Origin: an uncultured delta proteobacterium
GTDB taxonomy: Bacteria; Desulfobacterota; Desulfobacteria; Desulfobacterales; B30-G6
Assembly: GCA_963823335.1 (NCBI GenBank)
Contig: CAWGLD010000006.1
Span: 34,559 to 98,558 of the forward strand
Direction of reading: 5' to 3'
DNA length: 64,000 nt
Made by a program: the position numbers and the translations under genes. This document shows positions 46,878 to 55,357 of the stretch, one piece after another; within the stretch, counting starts at the first letter, position 1, and every line of letters starts with the position of its first letter. The notes under the pieces were generated by a model. That model was not told the origin of the DNA. It saw only the letters and a program-made list of their open reading frames with translations, and made no database searches.

Positions 46878-47813
46878 TTGACCATGCCCCTTTCTGAATC
46901 CAAAAAAATCAGCCGGTTTTATGAGAAAAAGCAGGTCACAGTTCTCATTACCGACTCCGGTCTGGGGGGTATCTCCATTTGTGCAGAAATCGCCAATGAA
47001 TTAAGGCGACGTCATATATTCGAAAATGTTTCACTGGTCTATTTCAACGCCTGGCCGGAGAAAGACCGGGGGTACAATCGGCTCAGCAACACAGCCGAAA
47101 GAATCCAGGTGTTTGATGGCGCTCTGGAAGGGATGATGAAATTTAAGCCGGATTTCATCATGATCGCCTGCAATACCCTGTCTGTTCTCTATCATCGTAC
47201 ACAATTCAGTCACCATGTACGAATCCCGGTTGTTGACATTGTCGGGTTTGGCGTGGAGATGATGGCCGATGCTCTGGAGAAATCATCACAGGCCCAGGCA
47301 GTTATCCTGGGAACCGTAACCACCATCGACAGCCGGTTGCATCACGATCAGCTGATTCAAAGAGGGATTCAACCCGCACAAATCGTTTCGCAGCCGTGCG
47401 ATCAGCTTGCAACACAGATCGAAATGGGACCCGACAGCTCTATTGTATCTGAAATGATTGATACGTTCATGCGCCAGGCAGCCCGAAATATCGATCCTGG
47501 TTCAAGTAAAATATATGCTGCCCTTTGCTGTACCCATTTTGGCTATTGTCAGGAATTGATTCAAGCCAGCCTGGCTGATTTCGCAAATAAACCGGTGACA
47601 ATTCTAAACCCGAACCATAAAATGGCCGCCTGTCTGTCGGCCAACGGCCGCAAGATTCGTTTTTCAGACACCAAAATTCAAATACAGGTGGTTTCAAAGA
47701 TCACTTGGGAAGAAAGGAAGATCAATTCCATTTCGAGTTTCATTCAGTCGCTTTCTGCTGAAACAGCGCATGCTTTAATGAACTATGCGCAAATTCCAAA
47801 CCTGTTTAGCTGA
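46878..47813 (+). CDS. MurI-like Asp/Glu racemase
   Basis: 311 aa. ITDSGLGG, IACNTLS (first catalytic Cys), LCCTHF (second catalytic Cys). Confidence 0.7.
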   Translation: MTMPLSESKKISRFYEKKQVTVLITDSGLGGISICAEIANELRRRHIFENVSLVYFNAWPEKDRGYNRLSNTAERIQVFDGALEGMMKFKPDFIMIACNTLSVLYHRTQFSHHVRIPVVDIVGFGVEMMADALEKSSQAQAVILGTVTTIDSRLHHDQLIQRGIQPAQIVSQPCDQLATQIEMGPDSSIVSEMIDTFMRQAARNIDPGSSKIYAALCCTHFGYCQELIQASLADFANKPVTILNPNHKMAACLSANGRKIRFSDTKIQIQVVSKITWEERKINSISSFIQSLSAETAHALMNYAQIPNLFS

Positions 47814-47880
47814 AAAGAGTTTGCCTGCCCGATCTGCATACAATCCGAATATGACCCAATCAAATCTGGAGGAAGTGAGC

Positions 47881-48873
47881 ATGAAAAGAGTATTAATCAT
47901 TACCGGCCCCGGCGGCGATGCCCAGGGGTGGGGAAATCTTGAAGTAACCCAAACACTCAGCCAGGCACTCAATTCCGATGGCAAGTCGTCTGAAATAGTA
48001 TTTGTCAATACCATGGATGGCTTTTTAAAAGCCATTGACAGCCATACCTATGATATTGTCTGGAGTGCCCTTTACTATATCTCCGAAAAGGAAGATATCA
48101 TCGGGTTGAACATTGATGACGGTGCCTGGCTGGCGGACGAACTCGATCGGCGTCAGATACCCTATATCGGTCCCAGTGCCCAGACCATGAAAGATCTCAT
48201 CAATAAAACAGCAACCCACCGCATTCTCAGTTCAAAAAACATCTCCGTTCCCGAACATCATCAGGTGGATATGGGAGAATCTGTACCCGACATTCGATTT
48301 CCGGCTTTTGTCAAGCCCAGTTGTGAATCGCGATCTGTTGGGATCAGTGATGAGAGCGTTGTCCAGAACACGACAGAGCTTCAAAAACGGATTGCATTCA
48401 TCCACAGGCAATTCGAACAGCCGGCCCTGATCGAGGATTACCTTCCGGGAGAAGAATACACAGTTCTGATGATCGGCAATGGAAAAGATCAGATATTCAT
48501 TCCCGGTGTCGTGACGGTAAAGGGGGGCAACAACGGAAAATTTCCTATCCTGCGAAGTGACATGCGGGGAGTCGGCATTACCAAAATTGGCATACCCGAA
48601 CATAGTGCCGAGGCAGCCAATGCCTTGTGCCTAGAAGCGGTTGAAGCTTTGAACTGTTTGGATCATGTTCGTGTGGATATGCGTTTCGACACCCATTCAA
48701 AATTGAAAATCATCGAAGTCAACGGTATCCCGGGACTCAAGCCGATCAAAAGCTGGAGCCCCCAGATGTTTACACTGTACAATAAATCACCTCAAGGTCC
48801 TCTTGAGGATTATCGACTCCTGCTGCATAAAATTGTGGATTCCGGCCTCACACGCTACAATATATCGCTTTGA
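47881..48873 (+). CDS. ATP-grasp ligase, D-alanine--D-alanine ligase-like
   Basis: MKRVLIITG... after a GGAGG RBS. The central FPAFVKPS.E.RSVGIS, EDYLPG.EYTV and R.DMR......L..IEVNG.PGL are typical of the Ddl/ATP-grasp fold. Confidence 0.7.
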   Translation: MKRVLIITGPGGDAQGWGNLEVTQTLSQALNSDGKSSEIVFVNTMDGFLKAIDSHTYDIVWSALYYISEKEDIIGLNIDDGAWLADELDRRQIPYIGPSAQTMKDLINKTATHRILSSKNISVPEHHQVDMGESVPDIRFPAFVKPSCESRSVGISDESVVQNTTELQKRIAFIHRQFEQPALIEDYLPGEEYTVLMIGNGKDQIFIPGVVTVKGGNNGKFPILRSDMRGVGITKIGIPEHSAEAANALCLEAVEALNCLDHVRVDMRFDTHSKLKIIEVNGIPGLKPIKSWSPQMFTLYNKSPQGPLEDYRLLLHKIVDSGLTRYNISL

Positions 48874-48967
48874 TTATACCCTTTGATGTGATAAGGCTTT
48901 GTGCGGTTTTTCTGATCTGGCCCAGAGGACCAGGTTTTTAATGACGGAATAAATAAAGGTGAATAAC

Positions 48968-49732
48968 ATGAAAATTCTTGTATGTGTCAAACATGTGCCG
49001 GATACTGCGGCAAACATCAAGGTCGTGGGAGATAACGGATTTGACGAGTCGGTAAAATTCGTCATGAATCCCTATGACGAATATGCGGTGGAAGAGGCCG
49101 TCAGAACCGTTCAGAAGAACGGCGGTGAAGTAGTGGTGGTATCTGTGGGAAAGCCAAGTGCCGCCAACACCCTGCGAAGCGCGCTGGCGGTGGGCGCCGA
49201 CAGGGGCATCCTTGTCAAGACAGATGCCCAGTTTCTGGACAGCGAAACGACCGCCCGGGCCCTCAAGGCCGTTATTGATCAGGATGGTGCTCCGGATCTT
49301 ATTTTTACCGGAAAACAGTCCGTAGACAGCGAAGGCATGCAGACCCATTATCGGCTGGCTGGAAAACTGGGCCTCCCTGTTGCATCGGAGGTGTCGGCTT
49401 TCAGTATGGAAAACGATAAAGCCATTGTAGAATGTGAAATTGGCGGTGGCAACCGAGAAGTGATTGAAATGACCATGCCTTGCGTCATCGGTGCTACAAA
49501 GGGTTTGAACGAGCCCCGCTACCCCAAACTGCCCGATATTCTCAAAGCCAAAAAGAAACCTCTTGTTGAAATGGAATTGTCCGATTTGGGCATTGCCATG
49601 TCATCGATTTCATCCACGACAAAGCTGACACCGGTAAAAGAACGTGGTGCAGCGACGATGCTCCAAGGCTCGGTCGGGGATATGGTTGCAGACCTGGTCA
49701 ACCGGCTTGAAAACGAGGTTAAGGTTCTTTAA
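48968..49732 (+). CDS. etfB: electron transfer flavoprotein, beta subunit
   Basis: MKILVCVKHVPDTA, NPYDEYAVEEA, and VVVVSVG together with D.I..GKQS.D. Confidence 0.9.
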   Translation: MKILVCVKHVPDTAANIKVVGDNGFDESVKFVMNPYDEYAVEEAVRTVQKNGGEVVVVSVGKPSAANTLRSALAVGADRGILVKTDAQFLDSETTARALKAVIDQDGAPDLIFTGKQSVDSEGMQTHYRLAGKLGLPVASEVSAFSMENDKAIVECEIGGGNREVIEMTMPCVIGATKGLNEPRYPKLPDILKAKKKPLVEMELSDLGIAMSSISSTTKLTPVKERGAATMLQGSVGDMVADLVNRLENEVKVL

Positions 49733-49913
49733 TAAATTCGGTGCACGAATTTATTCCGTGCCGGGCCCTTCGGACCCGGGTATCTGCAATATACTTGGGT
49801 TTTATTGATAACTACATATTTTTTGATCATCTCCCAAAGAGTTGATCAAAATGAAGGGTTCAAGGATTCCAGGGGTCCAGGGTTCGAGTGAGATGAAGTA
49901 GGGTGTCAGCTAA

Positions 49914-50107
49914 ATGCTTAAGAATTATAAAGAGTTAAACGATTGGAAAAAATCGTATAAACTTTGTTTGGATAAACGATGATATCTGGCGATTTGGGTT
50001 ATGTGGAGAAAGAAAGGCTTGAGGAATTAAGAATGAAGATCGGAGATGTAGAGAGAATGCTAAAAGTGATGATCACATCCCTGGAAAACAAACACTTGAA
50101 TCCTTGA
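49914..50107 (+). pseudogene. internally deleted four-helix-bundle protein gene (23S rRNA intervening-sequence protein family) in the etfB-etfA spacer
   Basis: N-terminal piece MLKNYKELNDWKKSYKLCLD, then a stop. A C-terminal piece lies in another frame: GDLGYVEKERLEELRMKIGDVERMLKVMITSLENKHLNP*. Flanked by GGGTTCAAGG-type repeats. Confidence 0.5.
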
Positions 50108-50180
50108 ATCCTGGACTCCTTGAACCCTTTCTCCCAACTTATTGGGAGAAGAACCATATTTTTAACGCACGAGGGAGAGT

Positions 50181-51116
50181 ATGAGCATGTCCAATATTGG
50201 TGTATTGATAGAAATGGATGGGCAAGAGATAAAGGCACCCAATTACGGTGTCTTGACGGCAGCCTGCGCGGGCGGGAATGTCGTAGCGCTGGTTTTTACC
50301 GATGACGGTCAGGCCTGTAAAGGCGAGTTGGAACGATTTGGCGCAGAGAAGATTGTGACAATGTCTGCGGAGAGTCCGGTTCAAAAGGCAAACCTGCTGG
50401 CAGCCGCGATCAAAGAATATGATCTGCGTGTGCTGATGGGACTTTCCAGCGCACGGGGTCGCGATCTTCTGAGCCGATGCGCCTGCATACTTGATGCACC
50501 GCTGGCTCTGGATGCCATACAAGCAAACCTGTCGGACGGAACGGTAGTAAAAAGCCATTTTTCAGGGAAAACAACGGCAGCCATAAAACTCACAGGCGAA
50601 ACGCTGCTGATCGGCCTGCGTCCCAATGTGATCGAGCCCATTGAAAATCCCGTGTCCGCTGAACGTATCTCCTTCAGCGCAGAAGCAGGCAACAGCGATG
50701 GTTTTAAAGTCCTTGAAGTCAAAAAGGGGGGTTCAGGTGCCATTGATCTGACCGAAGCTGAAATTATCATTACCGGTGGACGCCCCATGGATTCGGCTGA
50801 GAACTTCAAGATCCTTTATGCTTGTGCCAAGGAGCTGGGCGCTGCCGTGGGGGCCTCTCGTGCGGCTGTGGACGCAGGTTTCGCACCACACAGCATGCAG
50901 GTGGGCCAGACCGGCAAGACGGTTTCGCCCAAACTTTATATTGGCTGTGGCCTGTCCGGTTCTGTTCAGCATTTTGCTGGAATGAAAACTTCCCGGGTGA
51001 TTGTGGGTATCAACACGGACAAAGATGCACCCATTTTCGGTAAGTGCGACTATGGCATCGTAGGGGATCTGTTCGAAGTCGTTCCGGCATTGACGGAAGC
51101 ACTAAAAGCTCGTTAG
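50181..51116 (+). CDS. etfA: electron transfer flavoprotein, alpha subunit
   Basis: 311 aa. C-terminal FAD domain GASRAAVDAG..P...QVGQTGK.V.P.LYI..G.SG..QH..G. TAG stop. Confidence 0.9.
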   Translation: MSMSNIGVLIEMDGQEIKAPNYGVLTAACAGGNVVALVFTDDGQACKGELERFGAEKIVTMSAESPVQKANLLAAAIKEYDLRVLMGLSSARGRDLLSRCACILDAPLALDAIQANLSDGTVVKSHFSGKTTAAIKLTGETLLIGLRPNVIEPIENPVSAERISFSAEAGNSDGFKVLEVKKGGSGAIDLTEAEIIITGGRPMDSAENFKILYACAKELGAAVGASRAAVDAGFAPHSMQVGQTGKTVSPKLYIGCGLSGSVQHFAGMKTSRVIVGINTDKDAPIFGKCDYGIVGDLFEVVPALTEALKAR

Positions 51117-51120
51117 ACGA

Positions 51121-51268
51121 TTAGAAGCTATCTCAAAAAAGTTTTTTAGCCCAATTTCTGTGTTGGTCCCTTGCTTCAACTCCTCGGAATACTTGAGTAT
51201 GCCTGCGGGTTGAAGTTCGGGCCCGCCTTGAACTTGAGCCAAAACCCTTTTTTTGAGATGGCTTCTAG
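51121..51268. mobile_element. 148-bp MITE-like element, copy 2 (inverted relative to copy 1)
   Basis: TTAGAAGCTATCTCAAAAAA ... TTTTTTGAGATGGCTTCTAG. Begins 5 nt after the etfA stop. Confidence 0.8.
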
Positions 51269-51320
51269 ACTGTTAGACCCTATGCGGCCTATTAGTCTAA
51301 CAGCCTAACAGCCTAAATAC

Positions 51321-52601
51321 CTACCGTTTTTCAGGTATGAGTCCCTTCTCTACCACCATTCTGGCCCAGTCGTCAAAGGCACTCAAATTCGCCGTGGTAT
51401 GTGCATCCGTATGATAGTCACAACTGGCTACCCGCTGAATGACATCAAATGCCTGCCTGTCTTCCGGGAGATACAGTGGTTTCAATTCTGACGAATCCCT
51501 GCCGGATTCCAGGTATTCACGATGTGACTGGCAATCGCGCTGGAATGCATCCTCACTGAAGAAATTGAGATTGTCCAGTACACCGAAACAGTGACGGGCC
51601 TTGTGGACACCGAAATCGCAAAGTATTTTTCGCCCGCGTTCCCCATCGGAAAGGGCCTGTTTGTTCGGGTTCTTTTCACCCGTGCTTCCACCGGACTGAA
51701 CGGTGGGAAGCCCGGTCACCCACATGTTCAAACGCGCCACGGCCACATTTAAAAGATTCATGGCATCATTTGAATAATCGAGATCGCCATCGGGTCTTGT
51801 GGTGCAGGGCATGCCGCCAAACATGCACAACATTCCGGGGTTGACTGTCTGGGTTACGGCCAGCATGAACAGGACCTCGGCATGGGTGATCACGATGCAG
51901 GCTTCGGGTGTCTGAGGGGCTGTTCTTCCTGCCAGCGGCATGGTTGTCAAGCGTAGATTGTTTCCAGACTTGGCGCTCTTTATGAGCGCATCCATCATGT
52001 TGTCCATGCAGATCAGAGGGGACTTGACACCGCAGATGGAATCGTGCCAGTCTTCCCGACCGGAAAACCATTTTACAGCGGCGTCCTCTTCCATGTAGGC
52101 GCTGCAGGTAACCTTGATGCAGCCGCTCAGCCGGTCCATGATCTGGTTACATTTGAGCGGATCACCTTTTTGGACCTTGACCGGCTGGCTTAGAAATCGA
52201 ACGACATCGAGGTTTTCCCCAATAACCCCGATGAGATGTTCCAGTTCTTCGTAGGATGCCGGCATGGGGTAACGATCTGCTTCCCGGTATAAAAATGGTG
52301 GAATACCGCCGATCCCTAGCGTGTTTTGCCCCTCGTCGCCTTGAAACGATTTTGCCGCCGAGGACAGGCATTGATCCACCAATTCCGGAAGTAGATAGAT
52401 ACGACCGGCAGAAGAATCGTAGCCGGCAAGACCGGTGCCTTCCAAAATAGAAATGACATCCTGGTTTTTTGTTTCTATGCCGACTTCGGCCAGGACTGAT
52501 TTGGTGGTGTCATGAATTCTCTCATAGGATTCTTTTTCTTTCAGAAGTGCGTCTTGATAAACTTCGGGAGCCTTTTCTATCAATGCGTTGATATGGGTCA
52601 T
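51321..52601 (-). CDS. MttB-superfamily methyltransferase, non-pyrrolysine type
   Basis: About 426 aa from ATG 52601 (GGAGA RBS, 14 nt after the upstream stop). Colinear with the MttB at 58280..59797. It has Ser at the aligned Pyl column (LPTVQSGG-S-TGEK). TAG stop. Confidence 0.75.
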   Translation of the reverse strand: MTHINALIEKAPEVYQDALLKEKESYERIHDTTKSVLAEVGIETKNQDVISILEGTGLAGYDSSAGRIYLLPELVDQCLSSAAKSFQGDEGQNTLGIGGIPPFLYREADRYPMPASYEELEHLIGVIGENLDVVRFLSQPVKVQKGDPLKCNQIMDRLSGCIKVTCSAYMEEDAAVKWFSGREDWHDSICGVKSPLICMDNMMDALIKSAKSGNNLRLTTMPLAGRTAPQTPEACIVITHAEVLFMLAVTQTVNPGMLCMFGGMPCTTRPDGDLDYSNDAMNLLNVAVARLNMWVTGLPTVQSGGSTGEKNPNKQALSDGERGRKILCDFGVHKARHCFGVLDNLNFFSEDAFQRDCQSHREYLESGRDSSELKPLYLPEDRQAFDVIQRVASCDYHTDAHTTANLSAFDDWARMVVEKGLIPEKR

Positions 52602-52617
52602 GACATTTTCTCCAGTC

Positions 52618-55041
52618 TTAAGCGAGTATCTTCTTCCGTTCAGGATCATACAATTGACGGTTGAGTTCCAGTTGGATCGGGAAGACTGTTTTATAAGACT
52701 CGATTTCATATCCATCTGTGACCCCGCTCATGTCTGCGGGAAGATATCCATAACAGATATTTTTTCCGATGGTGTGACCGTACCCTGAACTGGAGGTTAC
52801 ACCCACCACGGTGCCGTTGTGCAGAATAGGCGCGCTTCCCTGGAGCATTAGCGGCTTTTCCGCATGGATGGTGAAAGTGCACAGCTTCCAAGGGGCACCT
52901 TCGGTCTTGATTCTTGCCAGGGCCTCTTTGCCGATAAAATCATTCTTGTCAAGCGCAACACAAAAACCCAGACCGACATCAAATGGGGTGTATTCGGGAG
53001 TGAGCTCGGAACCCCAGTCGGCGTATCCTTTTTCCAGATGCAGGGAGGCGATTGTTCGGTATCCGGCGTTTTTAATTCCGAGATCCTGACCGGCCTCCCA
53101 TAGTGTATCGTATACATGGCCAGCAAATTCTGTGGGGATATACAGTTCGTAACCGAGTTCCCCCACATAGGTCACCCGAAAGGAAATGACCGGTGCATAC
53201 CCTACGCTGAAAGATTTGCAGGTCCCGAACGGAAAACTCTTGTTGGTCAGGTCTTCTTGGGTTGTTTTTTTCAACAGTTCTCTCGATTTGGGCCCGATGA
53301 CATTGATGACAGCATAGGCCGACGTAACTTCCCGGAATGAAACGGTGCCGTCAGTGGGCATGTGGTTTTCGATCCACCACGATGTGCGGAGACCGAAGGC
53401 CGTGCCGACAACGATCATAAATTTATCTGTTGTCAAGCGACCGACGGTCATGTCACATTCGATGGTGCCGCGTCCATTGCACATCTGCGTGTAGATCACC
53501 TTCCCCACAGGCTGGTCGATCTGATTGGCACAAAGCCGGTTCAGAAACGGAAGGGCGCCCGGACCTTGCACCTCGAATTTGCAGAAAGAGCTCTGGTCGA
53601 TTAGCACCACATTTTCGCGAGCGTTTTGATGCTCGGCAGCCACATATCCAAACCAGTTCGGGGTTTCGAAAGTAACATCATCTTGCGGCTCAATACCTTC
53701 CGGCGCAAACCAGTTGGCCCTTTCCCACCCGTATTTTGCCCCGTAAACGGCACCTTTATCTTTGAGCTGGTAATAGAGGGGGCTACGTCTCACCCCTCTT
53801 GCGGAGTCATGCTCTTCGTGAGGCCAATGAATGGTATAATGTTTGCCGTATAGTTCCCTTGTTCTTTCCACATTGTACCTTCGGCTATGGTGATACGGAC
53901 CAAATCTTCGGATATCCAGCGGCCAGATATCGAGACTCGGCTCTCCCTCGATAATCCATTCAGCCATCATCCGCCCGGCGCCACCACCGGCAGCTATTCC
54001 GAACGCGTTGAATCCCGCAGCTACGAAACAGTTATCGAGTTCCGGGGCGGGCCCCATAATGGCATCACCGTCCGGGGTAAATGCCTCCGGCCCATTGACC
54101 AGACGGGCAATACCGGCTTCTTCGAGGCACGGCGTTCGCCGCATGGCCGGATCTGATAGCGATTGGAAATGGTCATAATCGGGTTCCAGCAACTGAGAAA
54201 TGAAATCATTGCCCACGCCATTGATGGCCCACGGTATTCCGTTGCGTTCATAGCCGCCCATGACCAGACCACCCACTTCGTCTTTATAATAGAGAAGACT
54301 GTCTTTGTCGCGGATGGTGGGAAGGTTTGGTGGCATCCCCTGGATCTCATCCGTGACTAGAAACTGGTGCTGGAAAGGAACCAGGGGTATGTTGACGCCC
54401 AGCATTTCCCCTACCTGGTATCCCCACATGCCCGTACAGTTGACGACAATATCGCATTGAATATCACCTTTGTCGGTTTTTACCGTGGTAACCCGTCTCT
54501 TGTCGAATTCAAAGCCGGTCACCAGCGTGTGCTCATATATGCTCGCACCTCGATTCCTGGCACCTTTGGCCATGGCCTGGGTGATCCCCGCAGGATCCGC
54601 CTGGCCATCTGTGGGCATAAAAGCTGCGCCAATAATATCATCTATAGTAATGATCGGGCAAAGATCGTAAGCCTCCTTGGGCGTGATAATGTTCATCTCC
54701 AGTCCGAAACTGCGTGCCGTGGTAGCCCCCTTTTTCAGTTCGTACATACGCTCTTTTGTGCTGGCCAGATGAAGACAACCACTTTTTTTCCAGCCCGTGG
54801 TCAATCCTGTTTCAGCCTCGAGCTGTTCGTAGAGACTAACGCTGTACTGCAGCATCCGGGTAATGTTTCGTTCACTGCGCAGTTGACCCACAAGCCCGGC
54901 AGCATGCCAGGTGGAACCACTGGTGAGCTCTCCCTTTTCGAGTATCACCACATCGTTCCATCCCATCTTGGTTAGATGGTAGGCTGTGCTGCAACCAATA
55001 ATGCCACCGCCAATAATTACAACCTGTGCACGATCTTGCAT
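52618..55041 (-). CDS. dimethylglycine/sarcosine dehydrogenase-family flavoprotein (DAO domain fused to a GcvT-like folate-binding domain)
   Basis: 807 aa. VVIIGGGIIGCSTAYHL dinucleotide fold. TSGSTWHAAG (covalent-FAD His context of DMGDH/SARDH). C-terminal aminomethyltransferase fold. Confidence 0.85.
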   Translation of the reverse strand: MQDRAQVVIIGGGIIGCSTAYHLTKMGWNDVVILEKGELTSGSTWHAAGLVGQLRSERNITRMLQYSVSLYEQLEAETGLTTGWKKSGCLHLASTKERMYELKKGATTARSFGLEMNIITPKEAYDLCPIITIDDIIGAAFMPTDGQADPAGITQAMAKGARNRGASIYEHTLVTGFEFDKRRVTTVKTDKGDIQCDIVVNCTGMWGYQVGEMLGVNIPLVPFQHQFLVTDEIQGMPPNLPTIRDKDSLLYYKDEVGGLVMGGYERNGIPWAINGVGNDFISQLLEPDYDHFQSLSDPAMRRTPCLEEAGIARLVNGPEAFTPDGDAIMGPAPELDNCFVAAGFNAFGIAAGGGAGRMMAEWIIEGEPSLDIWPLDIRRFGPYHHSRRYNVERTRELYGKHYTIHWPHEEHDSARGVRRSPLYYQLKDKGAVYGAKYGWERANWFAPEGIEPQDDVTFETPNWFGYVAAEHQNARENVVLIDQSSFCKFEVQGPGALPFLNRLCANQIDQPVGKVIYTQMCNGRGTIECDMTVGRLTTDKFMIVVGTAFGLRTSWWIENHMPTDGTVSFREVTSAYAVINVIGPKSRELLKKTTQEDLTNKSFPFGTCKSFSVGYAPVISFRVTYVGELGYELYIPTEFAGHVYDTLWEAGQDLGIKNAGYRTIASLHLEKGYADWGSELTPEYTPFDVGLGFCVALDKNDFIGKEALARIKTEGAPWKLCTFTIHAEKPLMLQGSAPILHNGTVVGVTSSSGYGHTIGKNICYGYLPADMSGVTDGYEIESYKTVFPIQLELNRQLYDPERKKILA

Positions 55042-55210
55042 GAATCCTCTCCTTATCGGATCGTTTCACGATCCAATCTGACGCGGCCTGGCCGCTTTTT
55101 TGAAATTAGCAGACATTGTATTTTTTGTGTTTTGTTTTTCGTATTTTGTGTTTGTGTTTGTGGTTGGAATTAGGCCAAATTCTTTTCGCAATTAGACTGT
55201 AAACCACTAA

Positions 55211-55356
55211 CAGCTTATTGCTTAAAGCTTATAGCCACCCGCCAACCCTTGTGTGCTGTGATGCTATGATGCTTGGAAGCTGGGTTGCTGCTGTCCGCTC
55301 ATAGCCGTCAGCTACCCTCCAACCCTGGTATCCCCCTCCACCCCTCGAACCCTTTC
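55211..55356. repeat. family A repeat copy upstream of the DMGDH-like gene
   Basis: AAGCTTATAGCC...GCTGCTGTCCGCTCATAGCCGTCAGCTACCCTCCAACCC...CCTCGAACCCTTTC. Shares blocks with 19.9, 31.6 and 50.1 kb. Confidence 0.6.
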
Positions 55357-55357
55357 T

